A DNA stretch of 64,000 nt from a bacterium. GTDB taxonomy: Bacteria; Patescibacteriota; Andersenbacteria; UBA10190. The notes below the pieces were generated by a model. It was given only the letters and a program-made list of their open reading frames with translations, did no database searches and was not told the DNA's origin. The position numbers were made by a program, and so were the translations under genes. Positions 1 through 11,209 of the stretch are shown one piece after another. Position 1 is the stretch's first letter. The number at the start of each line of letters is the position of its first letter. The DNA lies in assembly GCA_030698495.1 (NCBI GenBank), contig JAUYKA010000008.1, positions 14,895 to 78,894 of the forward strand. Direction: 5' to 3'.

Positions 1-225
1 TTTAATGCCAGTCCACATGATTACGTCGTGGTAATGAAGGACGAGGTAGGCGCGACAGGATGGTTTGTGCGGGCGCGATTGGAGAACCACCATGATGATA
101 AGGCGGGATTTGATGAAGAGCAGGGGCGAAATTATTATTATCGCTATGTTAATCCGACTAATTCAACTTTCTACGAAGTATGCGGCGGGGAGTTGCGCTG
201 TGATTTTAGCGGAGTTAGGGAATGA
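1..225 (+). CDS. Partial CDS (C-terminal part), possibly a pilin/GspG-like protein
   Basis: Frame is open from base 1 to TGA at 223-225. WFVRARLEN plus a terminal Cys pair resembles pilin-like C-termini; weak. Confidence 0.35.
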   Translation, partial: FNASPHDYVVVMKDEVGATGWFVRARLENHHDDKAGFDEEQGRNYYYRYVNPTNSTFYEVCGGELRCDFSGVRE

Positions 226-2273
226 TGAATCGGTTGATTAAAAAAAGCGGCGTGGTGTTGGTGGTTAAGGTGTTGTTGTTTGTTTTTGTAGCGGTGTTAT
301 TTGTCGGTTATTGTCTGGTCAACTGGAAAAATTATATGATGGAAAATCATTAAATTATAACCTTGCTTTTTCTTTGCGTCATACTGCTTTTGTAGATGAA
401 GGTGTGCGCCAAGGATTGCTGGCGGGGATAGCAGTTTTACTAGCAATGTTTCTGGTATCGCGAATTCAGTCTGGACGTTGGCGTTGGATAGCAGTGTTAG
501 TGGCGGCGGCGGTTCTGTTTCCGTTAGGAGTGCTGGGGTTTTGGTACTCGACTGGTAAGTTGGGAATAGCGGATTGGGATTTGAATAAAGCGGTACAGGA
601 CTCTTATCGTATTGCTATCTTAAATTATCGTCAGCTGCCGTTGTGGAATCCTCTTGCTTGCGGCGGCGGCGCGGGATTGGCGAATCCGGAAAATTCCATT
701 TTTTCTCTGCCTTTTTTATTTGTGCTGTTAGCAGGAACACTGACGGGTTTTAAAATGGGGATTTTGTTTTCAATAATAGTTCTGGCAATGGGAATGATAA
801 TCCTGGGAAAGGCGGCGCGCTTGACGCCCCTCGGTGCTTTTTTAGCGTCTTTAACGGTGGTAGCGGGTAGCGCTTTTGTTTTGCGTTTGGTGGAGGGGCA
901 TGTTTATATCGCTTTTGCTTATGCTTGGATTCCCTGGGTGTTGTGGGGCTGGTATAAGGCCTACGCCAATTTTCAATTTTCATAGAAATACCAAGGCACA
1001 AAAAATAGACAGGGGCGGCGTTGGTTTGAAAATTGGTCATTGGAAATTCAATGAAAATTGGTCATTGAAAATTGGAAATTTTAACTATTATTCTCTTCTC
1101 ACCGGTATCTTTCTGGCTCTGATGTTTTACTAGGGGGGTATTTATCCTCTAATGTACACGGGTTTTATTTTGCTCTTTTTGGTATTGGTGGCAAGACGAA
1201 AGGTAAGAGCATTATTAGTAACAGTGGTAAGCAGTGTTTGGGCGTTGGGCCTGTCGGCGTTCAAATTGGTGCCGGCTTTGTTTTGGATGAGCGGAGTTCA
1301 TCAAGGGGCCTACACGCAGTCCAGTTATACTTGGCGTTATTTAGGAAAAATATTTTTAGGACGCAACTGGCATGGTGCCAATGTTTTTTATAACCAGGGT
1401 ATAGGCTGGCATGAGTATGGGGCTTATGTTGGTCCGGTGATAGTTGTATTGGCGATAGTGGCGCTATTGGGTTGGCGGCGGGATCGGATAACGCGGCTGC
1501 TGGTGATTGGTGTGGTAATTACAATTACAGTGTCCACGCTTGGTCCGTTGGCGGGAGCGGCGCTGGCAAAGTTAGAGTTTTTACCCCGTTCGAATGTTTC
1601 CCGGTTGGTTCTTGTGGGTGTAATACCGCTGGCGTTATTGGCGGGCAAAGGGCTGGATGTGTTGGGTAGTCGCCGGTGGTTGTGGTGGATACCGGCAGCG
1701 ATGATCGGGTTGGCGGCGATAGATTTATTTACTTTGTCTTACCCTGTGTCTACGCAGGCGTTTACTATGGATGCCGTGCGAGAGAAGATGCCGGTACTTG
1801 TTAACCCGATTGCGTATAGCCGAGCGAGATATCCCGAAGGTCGGGGCGGTAGGGAATACACGCGTTTTTCCGCGTTAGTGGAGCAGGGTTACGGCTGGCT
1901 TGATTATTGCCCCCCGCTGAACCCTTCTCCGGCGGTAGTGAGCGCGGAAGCTAACGCTAAGGCACAATTCGCGGAAATAAAAGGAGGTGGGGAAGCCAGG
2001 GTTAGCGGTTGGTCGCCAAATGGTTTTGATGTTGATTACCGGGCGGAGGAGGAATCGATAGTTGTTTTTAACGAGAACTTTGGGTTTGGTTGGACGGTTA
2101 ATGGCGCGCCCGCGTTGAACGACAAGGGGCGGCTGGCAGCGAAGGTGCCGGCGGGAGAGGGACAAATAAAGATGAGATATAGAGCGCGGGGAATAGGGGT
2201 CGGCATAGCTATAGTCATCGCAACGGTTGGACTGGTTATAGGGTTAATGACAAGCAAACGTAGGTTTAGGTAA
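222..2273 (+). pseudogene. Disrupted YfhO/GT-C-like membrane glycosyltransferase
   Basis: Four collinear pieces: 222-353 (MMNRLIKKSGVVLVVK, TM), 311-985 (PLWNPLACGGG motif), about 968-1133, and 1134-2273. Likely frameshift near the A5 run at about 327-331, a frameshift in the AATTTTC repeat at 968-982, and an in-frame TAG at 1131-1133. Collinear with neighbour 2274-4712. Confidence 0.75.
968..1080. repeat. Insertion with inverted heptamer-repeat arms (MITE-like)
   Basis: AATTTTCAATTTTCA (968-982) is the reverse complement, with 1 mismatch, of TGAAAATTGGAAATT (1066-1080). The right arm is made of TTGAAAA/TTGGTCA/TTGGAAA heptamers. Confidence 0.75.
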
Positions 2274-4712
2274 CTATTCAACTTTTGAAAGTACGATCAG
2301 GATTGTGATGGCAGATACTAAACTGATGAGACTGCCCCAAATAAAAGAGTTTGGCAGAAACTTTATAGTGATTGTTTGTCCGATATCCGCGGCGGATATA
2401 TAAAATGCGGGGCGGAAGTTTTGGGCGAAAACTGAACGATTCGACGCGCGCCAACCGGCGGCGTATTTTTGGTTGACAATGATCGTATCTTGGCCGTTGT
2501 CCGGTGTAATTGAGTTTACTTTGAAGGTAATTTTGTTGGGGGTGTATTGTATTAATGTAATACCGCTGCCGTTTTGCGCGAATAATTCGCCGCGGTATCG
2601 CTCGTTTTGGTGTCCGGTTATGGAGGCGTTAGATTGCCAGAGTTGAAGATGCGCCGGGCACTGATTGGCGGCACCGTCGCCTGCGTTGACGGTATGATAG
2701 CTGATGTCATTTCTGTTTTCTTCTTGGGTGAAGGTATTGCCATAGGGGCTGGCGGTTATAGGGGGCAGACTAAATATCTGCTGCCATGGATATGCCGCTG
2801 TCAGACTAAGATCTATGAATATTATACCTGCAACAATTGTAGTAACGGCGGGTCTAAAAGCAATTGGTAAGAAACGATTGATAATGGTTTGGGTGCCCAT
2901 GGCCGCCAGAAGAGAAAGGGCGAGGACAACCATAATCATTGCTCTGCCGGAGTTGCGGAGTTGGTTGAGTACGGGGAAAAAATCAATAAAGCTATGACTG
3001 GCAGGGGCGGTTACAATAAGCAAAAAGGAGAGACCGGATATGATAAAAAGGAAAAAGAGAAGACGGCGGCGTACTTGAAGGATGGCGGTTAAACCGGCAA
3101 GCGCTAATATTAGCGGAAACCAACCGATATAGGAGGAGTATTCGTGCCAAGGTTGTTCCAGCCAAGGCAGGAAATAATATAAATCAATATGTCGGTCGAG
3201 GAGGACGGTGGGTACATGAAGCCAGGGAGTGCCGTTGTTTTTTGCGAGTGCTCCGCTGACATAGCGGAGAAAATCCAGGATAGGCAAAATTTTTATAGCA
3301 CCCAGGGAGAGGGTTAGAATAAAAAATATACAAGTGTTGCGAATGATGGTTGATCTTAGGGGTGAGAGAAAGATAGCAACAAGAGCAGAAAATAAGATTA
3401 TAAAAAGAGATATATAGGTTACTAGATGCACGCGGCCTTCCAGTAAAATAAGAAGTAAAAATATTACCGACATAATAATATATCGGCGTTTCCTGAAAGA
3501 GCGGAGAAAGTAATAAAAAACCCAGGGGACCCAGGCCACTGATAGCCAGAGGAGTTGTCCGGCGGCAAGATGACTAGAGACGAAGCCATTGCCCATAAAT
3601 ATAATTGCTGGAATCAGGGCGGATGCTTTACTTAGCTTTAATTGGAGAGAGAGTAAATATGATCCTATAAGCCCAAGTGCTAGGTATGTGGTAATGGCTA
3701 TTTTAGAACCGATTATATCTCCGAAAACAATAGTGAGAAGGAAGGTTAGGGATGGCCAATAAGTTTGTGGATTGCCCCAACTGGGCGAGCCGCCGCAAAA
3801 GTAGGGATTCCAGAGGGGGAATTGTCCGGCCGCTAAGCTGTGCCGGGCGGCGCTGTAATGACTGGCCGCTTCGGTCCAGTCCCATGTCCCCCAATTGGTT
3901 GCGTTTTGATATACCGGTAAGGAGAAAAACAAAGCCAGGATAATAAATAATAAAATAGGCGGAGATGACAGGAGGCGGTGACTTTTAATTTGTCTGGCTA
4001 TTAAAAGTGATTCGATAGCAACCAGAGCTAGAAAAACAATGAGTACGATGTCGTATAGGCGTGATTGTTCGAATATCAAAGATTGAAGCCGTTGCAGAAA
4101 AGAGGCGCGGTAATAAGTGCGGAAGCTTAAGCTATTGGGTTTTACGCGGCCATTAACGGATATACTGCCGTCGGTGTATTTTGTGGCATCAATTTCCGAT
4201 GGAAGTAGTAATCCTTCGGCATCCGTTCGTAAGGAAAATTGGGAGGTAGTACCGGTTTTTAGAGAAACCGGTTCAAATCGGAATAACAACCAGCGGCCGG
4301 GTGTCAACGACTGTTCATTAAGAGCCGGTTGATTCGATTGCGAAGTAATAAGAAAATTTTGTATGTTATCGGTGCGGCTGACGACTATGGTTCCTGACGA
4401 AGACTTGACGGTAAAAGTTCCGTTAATATTTTTATCACCGGCAGTGTCCGGCTTGATTTGGACGGCGATGCCCGAGATAGGCTGACGTGTGACCAGGAAA
4501 CTTTGTGTGATTGTGTCGTGGGCGTCGAAGGTATGTTCGGAGCCAGGGAGAACGGCGAGTGATTGATCGGTAAGATTGGACGGCGCTGCAAGGAAAGCCA
4601 AAACAAAGCGCGCGGAGATAAAGACGATAACCAGGCAAATAATAACAGCAAATGACGCGGTTATTATCGATGTGGGTTTTAGCGCGGAACTATGAAAGAC
4701 TGGATCGCGCAT
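2274..4712 (-). CDS. YfhO-like / GT-C multi-pass membrane glycosyltransferase
   Basis: 812 aa, many TM segments, PLWNPYFCGGSPSWGNPQ motif, C-terminal extracellular domain (VNQKYAAGW). Confidence 0.75.
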   Translation of the reverse strand: MRDPVFHSSALKPTSIITASFAVIICLVIVFISARFVLAFLAAPSNLTDQSLAVLPGSEHTFDAHDTITQSFLVTRQPISGIAVQIKPDTAGDKNINGTFTVKSSSGTIVVSRTDNIQNFLITSQSNQPALNEQSLTPGRWLLFRFEPVSLKTGTTSQFSLRTDAEGLLLPSEIDATKYTDGSISVNGRVKPNSLSFRTYYRASFLQRLQSLIFEQSRLYDIVLIVFLALVAIESLLIARQIKSHRLLSSPPILLFIILALFFSLPVYQNATNWGTWDWTEAASHYSAARHSLAAGQFPLWNPYFCGGSPSWGNPQTYWPSLTFLLTIVFGDIIGSKIAITTYLALGLIGSYLLSLQLKLSKASALIPAIIFMGNGFVSSHLAAGQLLWLSVAWVPWVFYYFLRSFRKRRYIIMSVIFLLLILLEGRVHLVTYISLFIILFSALVAIFLSPLRSTIIRNTCIFFILTLSLGAIKILPILDFLRYVSGALAKNNGTPWLHVPTVLLDRHIDLYYFLPWLEQPWHEYSSYIGWFPLILALAGLTAILQVRRRLLFFLFIISGLSFLLIVTAPASHSFIDFFPVLNQLRNSGRAMIMVVLALSLLAAMGTQTIINRFLPIAFRPAVTTIVAGIIFIDLSLTAAYPWQQIFSLPPITASPYGNTFTQEENRNDISYHTVNAGDGAANQCPAHLQLWQSNASITGHQNERYRGELFAQNGSGITLIQYTPNKITFKVNSITPDNGQDTIIVNQKYAAGWRASNRSVFAQNFRPAFYISAADIGQTITIKFLPNSFIWGSLISLVSAITILIVLSKVE

Positions 4713-7539
4713 GGGCTGATACGGGGTAGATTATAAGGCAAAAAACCAATATTAAAGCAACGAGTGTGATAATTTTGGCTTGGGCGATTGCGGGCGAGTG
4801 GTAGCGGAAAGTTACCGTGTGGTTGCCGGCGGGAACGTAGGCGGTTTTAAACACGGTATCGGCGACGTAGTACGGCGCCGGTTGGCCGTCTATGGTAGTT
4901 TGCCACATAGGCAGGGTGCTGTCGGTGACCACCAGCCAGGCGGCATTTTGCGTATCCACGTTAACGGTAGCTTCGCCGTCGCCGTAATCAGTAATAGTAG
5001 CAGTGCCGATAACGGGCGGATTATTGAGCGTGTCGTCGGCGGGAGGCTTCGGGCCGGAGACATATATCAATTCCGCGGGATTGAAATTGTTTTGCGTCAT
5101 GGCGGCGCGCGCTTCGTCATCGGCCGGCTGAAAAATCGCGTTTGGTACCAGAAAGGCTTTGGGAAAGGCTTGGGGGTTGATGTAGAGATTGGCGGAACCG
5201 ATGTTAGTGTCGACACTGTCTGTTAACTGAAAGTTATTGGCCGGCATATTGTCTTGGCCCTGCGGCGGAACTATTTGGGCCAAATGAGTGACGCCGGCCA
5301 GGTCTAGGGTTTTGCGATGGCGCTGGATGGCGTGTAAGCCCTCGCCATCGAAGGGTTGATCGTTGTCGTTGGCAAAGAATGTTTCGATGAATTCCCGATA
5401 AGGCCGGATGGATAGAGCGCCAATCCAGCGGGCGCTGCTGGTATTGGCAGTGGCTTGTAAGTGTCGGGCAAAGATAAGATTTTCGGGGTCGGTTTGCGCG
5501 GAAGAAGTTTCGGCGACTTCCAGACGGTTATACTTCTGCGACTGTTCGATTTGTTCGGTGGTGGGGTTGGCGACGCGGACAAAATAGGCTGATTTGGCGG
5601 TGGAAGTGGAATAAGTGTAAAGGCTGATGCCGTTATCTGTTTGGGATTTAAAGGAAAGATAATAAGTGGCATCGGGAGAGGGGAGGCTTACGTTAAAACA
5701 AAATGTTTGATCGTGAACTTGTGAGATATTGTAGGCGGTAATTGTTTGCGTGGCTACAGGTGGTCCGGTAACTGTTTGGCTTAACGCAATTTCTATGTTG
5801 CCGTCAGCGTTAGGCGGTGCGTACATGGGGGCTGAAAAACAAGGATTATTTGTATTATGGACAATAATAGGCTGGTAAGCGGAAAAATCCGGAGATAAAA
5901 GCGAAGTTGGTTTGATAGTGTACTTGTTGGCGTCTGTTAAGATGGTGTCGCGACTGTAAAGGCGTGGCGGGACGGCGTTATCCAGAGTGTATTGTTCAAG
6001 AGGTGAGGCCAGCGGCGACCGGACGGCTAAAGAAGGCAGCGTCGTTGGATTATAGGCGAAGCCATAAGCGACTAGAGAAAAAGACGCCGTTATAACCAGG
6101 GCCGGCGGCCAGAGGTTAGCGGCGCGGGGGAAACGATGGATAAAAATTCCAAGCAAGAAAACGATCAGGCCGATCAGGGCAATTACGAGCTGCCAGTTGT
6201 AGGTTTTAAGAAGACTGATAAGGCGTGCGGTGATAGTTGGGTCGTGCAGGGATAACAGAAAAGGCAGGAAAATTAAAAGGACTATGAAGGCAGAGAGCAA
6301 AACAGCAAGAGGAGTACGTTTGGGTTTTTTTGTCAGTGATTCAAATCCCAGGGCAGCTAAAATGGCGACGGCAAAATCAACGAAGTAGACGAAGCGGCCA
6401 GCGACGCTAAGGGTGGTTAGGTAACGGTGTTCGACAAGATATCGATAAACGGGCGAATATTGACCCAGGGCAAGTGCGATACCCGATAAAAACAGGATAA
6501 GGGCGGCAATACGCAGCTGTTTATGGTCGCGCCAGTAGAATAAGGAAACGGCTGTCAGCAGTAACGGGATAATACCGGTGAACGCGGCCAGTTCCTGAAA
6601 GCCTTTGGCGCCCCAGTAACGGGCGTGGTCGCCGAAGAAGTAAGGCGCGACTAATGTGATGGCGTGAGCCGGAGGATAACTAAAATCAAAGAGTTCTGTT
6701 TCAGGCAGGTCGGCGTTGCGTTCGGTGAAGGGGATAAATTCTTTTAAAGGGAGGATGGAGAAGGAAGAGAGAGATAAGGCGAGAAGGGCGGAGATAAGAG
6801 TATATACTATGACTAGTGATGTGTATTTTATGATTGAATTGTTAAATTGCTGAATTGTTAAATTGCTTTTTAGGTTAGCGAAGAACAAGGCTAGGCCGAC
6901 AGTGGCAGCGATGATGAAGCTATATAAAACTACTTGTGGTTGGGCGGACATCGTCATGGCAGTGGCGATCAGAGCCATGGCGGCGGCGGCGCGGCGGCGG
7001 GGGCGGTCAAGAAAAGATTTGATGGCGACCAGTAGCCAAGGCAGTAGCATGACGCCGGTATAGAAGTTAACGTGGTTGAGATGGCCGATATTAAAACCGG
7101 AAAAGGTGAAGACAATAGCGCCGAGGGCGGATGAAAGTTGGGATAGGTTAAACTTTCTCAAGAAAACATAAAAACCGGTAAGGCCAATGAGAAAATATGT
7201 TACGACTGATATTTGCAGCAAGATGAGCGGTGGGATATAAAGGGCGCGCATGAACAAATGGAGGGGCGTGAAGAAGCCGAGTTGCCCCCAGGCCATTAGC
7301 GGCTGACCGAAGCCGAACAGGTTGCTCCAGACCGGTAGCTGCCAAGAATGCTGAAACCGCGCGTAAACGGTTTCCAGGGGGTAGTAAATTATTTTTAGAT
7401 CGTCGAGGAAGTAGAACCTTTGTCCGGAGATTATTGGAAAGAAAAAAAACAGCCAGGCTCCGGTAATAATTAACAACCCGGTTCTGTTTTTTGAGACTAA
7501 CGAGAGCAGTTTTTGAAATAAAATAGCGGGGCTTGCCAT
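4690..7539 (-). CDS. YfhO family membrane protein (GT-C glycosyltransferase)
   Basis: 949 aa; DDLKIIYYP...PVWSNLFGFGQP at the N-terminus; C-terminal WLVVTDS...VPAGNHTVTFRY typical of YfhO. Confidence 0.85.
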   Translation of the reverse strand: MASPAILFQKLLSLVSKNRTGLLIITGAWLFFFFPIISGQRFYFLDDLKIIYYPLETVYARFQHSWQLPVWSNLFGFGQPLMAWGQLGFFTPLHLFMRALYIPPLILLQISVVTYFLIGLTGFYVFLRKFNLSQLSSALGAIVFTFSGFNIGHLNHVNFYTGVMLLPWLLVAIKSFLDRPRRRAAAAMALIATAMTMSAQPQVVLYSFIIAATVGLALFFANLKSNLTIQQFNNSIIKYTSLVIVYTLISALLALSLSSFSILPLKEFIPFTERNADLPETELFDFSYPPAHAITLVAPYFFGDHARYWGAKGFQELAAFTGIIPLLLTAVSLFYWRDHKQLRIAALILFLSGIALALGQYSPVYRYLVEHRYLTTLSVAGRFVYFVDFAVAILAALGFESLTKKPKRTPLAVLLSAFIVLLIFLPFLLSLHDPTITARLISLLKTYNWQLVIALIGLIVFLLGIFIHRFPRAANLWPPALVITASFSLVAYGFAYNPTTLPSLAVRSPLASPLEQYTLDNAVPPRLYSRDTILTDANKYTIKPTSLLSPDFSAYQPIIVHNTNNPCFSAPMYAPPNADGNIEIALSQTVTGPPVATQTITAYNISQVHDQTFCFNVSLPSPDATYYLSFKSQTDNGISLYTYSTSTAKSAYFVRVANPTTEQIEQSQKYNRLEVAETSSAQTDPENLIFARHLQATANTSSARWIGALSIRPYREFIETFFANDNDQPFDGEGLHAIQRHRKTLDLAGVTHLAQIVPPQGQDNMPANNFQLTDSVDTNIGSANLYINPQAFPKAFLVPNAIFQPADDEARAAMTQNNFNPAELIYVSGPKPPADDTLNNPPVIGTATITDYGDGEATVNVDTQNAAWLVVTDSTLPMWQTTIDGQPAPYYVADTVFKTAYVPAGNHTVTFRYHSPAIAQAKIITLVALILVFCLIIYPVSAHARSSLS
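6835..6866. repeat. In-frame 16-bp tandem duplication (octamer array)
   Basis: TGAATTGTTAAATTGC x2 exact; encodes SNLTIQQFNNS in the 4690-7539 protein. Confidence 0.85.
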
Positions 7540-7633
7540 GATTTTGAGTATATCAGAGGTTGTTTATTTGACCTACCAAAATTTATAGAAATAAGTAATA
7601 TGAGGTGGTATCTATTTGTGTGCTTATTTGTAG

Positions 7634-8632
<999 letters not shown>

Positions 8633-8653
8633 ACCGCCAAGTACTTTATTAGT

Positions 8654-9475
8654 ATGCCGATTATAAAAGACTACATAATTAAAACTACTCTAAAAGGGAT
8701 AGAAAACACGGTCGGGTTGTTTGGTAAAGAGTTGTCAATCGGCGGTGAAAGGGGAGAGGTAACTTTATTTATGGGATTGCCAAAAGACATGGATCCTGCT
8801 TTTCAGCGCATATATAAAGAATGCCGTCCTTACACAATGACTTCTGTAGAGCGAATGTATGCCCTATACCAGGCCACAAAATATATTATTGTTCAGCATC
8901 TTCCTGGTGATTTTGTCGAGTGCGGGGTGTGGAGGGGAGGAAGTGTGATGCTGGTGGCTAAAACTCTTAAAGAACTTGGCGTAACTGATAGGCGTATACA
9001 CCTATTTGACACATTTAAGGGGATGACTACTCCAACTGACCGTGATGCAAGGATATCTGACAATCTGCCGGCAACTTCCCTATGGAAGACGCAAGCTCGC
9101 GGTGACTATAACGAATATGCTTATGCTCCCCTTGAAGATGTGCAGCGAAACTTGTCGACTACGGGATATCCCGAGGAAAATTTTGTTATTGTTGCCGGTC
9201 CAGTGGAAGAGACTTTACCACGATTAGCCCCACCAAAAATTGCTCTTTTGCGTTTAGATACGGACTGGTATGAGTCTACTAAACATGAATTGGAACATCT
9301 TTTCCCGCTGCTTGTACAAAATGGCATTCTAATCATTGATGATTACGGGCATTTCACCGGTGCACGGGATGCAGTTGACGAATATTTTAAGGAGAAAGGC
9401 ATTAATCTTCTATTAAACAGAGTGGACTACACTGGGCGATTGGCTATTAATACCGCGCCGCAAAATAACGGCTAA
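8654..9475 (+). CDS. TylF/MycF/NovP family sugar O-methyltransferase
   Basis: GDFVECGVWRGGS, LFDTFKG, LLRLDTDWYEST, IIDDYG motifs. Confidence 0.9.
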   Translation: MPIIKDYIIKTTLKGIENTVGLFGKELSIGGERGEVTLFMGLPKDMDPAFQRIYKECRPYTMTSVERMYALYQATKYIIVQHLPGDFVECGVWRGGSVMLVAKTLKELGVTDRRIHLFDTFKGMTTPTDRDARISDNLPATSLWKTQARGDYNEYAYAPLEDVQRNLSTTGYPEENFVIVAGPVEETLPRLAPPKIALLRLDTDWYESTKHELEHLFPLLVQNGILIIDDYGHFTGARDAVDEYFKEKGINLLLNRVDYTGRLAINTAPQNNG

Positions 9476-11151
9476 TTTGCTCTGTTTTTCGCCGCGTAAA
9501 TTTCTTGCTCGTCGAGCAAGTTGATTGGAATAACAAATTTTCCTTTAAGCAGGTTGTTTGGTGTGGAAGGTTTAGCGTTTAGATGCTTGCTCGCGCGGTA
9601 GAGAAGGTAACTTAGGCTAAAATAGCGGGTGTGCGAGGTGGCTTTAATGATGGAGAGATTGTGTTTTTTCAAGAGGACAGCCAGGGACTTTCGGGAAAAA
9701 TAGTGAAGATGAGAAGGAAAAATGCAGTACCATGAACGTCCCATCATTTTAGCCAACAAACTATCAAAGCGAGGAGTAGTTAGCACAAATAAGCCATCAG
9801 GTTTTAGTAAGCGCGCTGCTTGAGAAATTAATTTTTGGGGTTCGGGATGGTGTTCAATAACGTCTAGCATAGCTATAACATCAAAACTGGCGCTATCTAA
9901 TTTAGCGAGAGCGTTGTTATCAGTTTGAATATTTGTTAAGCCAAATTCAGCTTCGGCATAAGAGGCTGAGGCAATTGAAGGCTCGATACCGGTAACCCGC
10001 CATCCCTGCTTTTTTGCTTCATTTAAGAAGAAGCCTGGCCCAGCCCCTATATCAAGAAGGTGCCCCGGTTTTTTATTGGCTGAAATCCTGCTTAGGATTT
10101 TACGCGCTGTTTTTTGTCTGGTAACTTTTTCTGATAGATAGACTGTGTCTAAGGGTGCGTATTTATAGAGATGAGAGAGCTGTTCAAAGCTGTTGTTGAG
10201 GGGCGTGAATCCATGAGAGCATGAGGGGCAGCGGTAAATTGGCAATTGCTTATTTGTGTCTTCAATAGAGATGCGGTATTGGTGCTGTTTGAAGAAAACG
10301 CTTGGTTTAATATTTCCTTTTTGAAACAGTTTTGTTTTGTGGCTGCAAATGGGACATTTTTGAGGCGACAGGCTGCCGCTGGGCTTAAGGGTTTTAAGAG
10401 TTGACAGGCCATATTTAACTGATGATGCAAAAGGGATAGACGACGATTCGTTTGTATAGCGGCAGGGGATGGCCGCTTCGGCAAAACGGAATTTTTGGCG
10501 GGCGGCGGAGGCAATCATTTCCGAGTCAAAGACGAAGCTGTCAGAGAACTCTTCGAAAGGCAGCGACTCTAAGAGTTGTTTTGAGTAGGCCCGGTAACCG
10601 GAGTGACATTCTGACAGCGATATTCCCAAAATTTTATTTTGTAGAAAGGTGAGCAGCCTGTTGCCCCAATATCGCCACCAAACCATGCCGAATTCTCGCG
10701 GGTCTTGTTTTAAAAATCTTGAACCAATAACAAAATCGGCTTCCTGATGTAAAATTGGCTTGATCATTTGCGGCACATAGCGCGGATCATACTGAAAATC
10801 AGGGTGTATCATTACCACAATATCCGCTCCATGCTGCAAGGCTTCCTTGTAACAGGTTTTCTGGTTTCCGCCATAGCCCTTGTTCTGCCGATGTTTCACG
10901 ACCTTTAACCCGTCTATTGTTTCAGCAACCTTGACCGTATTATCACTACTGGCATCGTCTACCAAAATCACTTCATGAACATGGGTTTTTGGTATGGCTT
11001 TGTATGTTTTGGCCAGTGTTTGCTCGGCGTTGAAGGCCGGTAATACTGCGATGATGTATGGCTTTGGTTGTGCAGGCTGATCGTTGTCGAAACTCCTGAT
11101 AGCAGTTGACTGTTTCTCTGTTTTGGTTGGCTGTCTTGTTAATACGTCCAT
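9472..11151 (-). CDS. GT2 (DPM-synthase-like) glycosyltransferase fused to a class I SAM methyltransferase
   Basis: N-terminal LPAFNAE/VDDASSD/HPDFQYDP; C-terminal CPIC...CPSC, LDIGAGPG, DVIEHH. Confidence 0.85.
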   Translation of the reverse strand: MDVLTRQPTKTEKQSTAIRSFDNDQPAQPKPYIIAVLPAFNAEQTLAKTYKAIPKTHVHEVILVDDASSDNTVKVAETIDGLKVVKHRQNKGYGGNQKTCYKEALQHGADIVVMIHPDFQYDPRYVPQMIKPILHQEADFVIGSRFLKQDPREFGMVWWRYWGNRLLTFLQNKILGISLSECHSGYRAYSKQLLESLPFEEFSDSFVFDSEMIASAARQKFRFAEAAIPCRYTNESSSIPFASSVKYGLSTLKTLKPSGSLSPQKCPICSHKTKLFQKGNIKPSVFFKQHQYRISIEDTNKQLPIYRCPSCSHGFTPLNNSFEQLSHLYKYAPLDTVYLSEKVTRQKTARKILSRISANKKPGHLLDIGAGPGFFLNEAKKQGWRVTGIEPSIASASYAEAEFGLTNIQTDNNALAKLDSASFDVIAMLDVIEHHPEPQKLISQAARLLKPDGLFVLTTPRFDSLLAKMMGRSWYCIFPSHLHYFSRKSLAVLLKKHNLSIIKATSHTRYFSLSYLLYRASKHLNAKPSTPNNLLKGKFVIPINLLDEQEIYAAKNRAN

Positions 11152-11209
11152 GGATATTAGCAGTTTATGGCTTTGTGCGCTGCGGCGCGCTCTGATATGA
11201 TATTACACT

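Noticed and set aside
1131-1133. TAG recoding or alternative genetic code
   Set aside because: TAG, TGA and TAA all terminate full-length genes elsewhere in the window. A single in-frame TAG in a gene with other lesions fits a nonsense mutation or error better.
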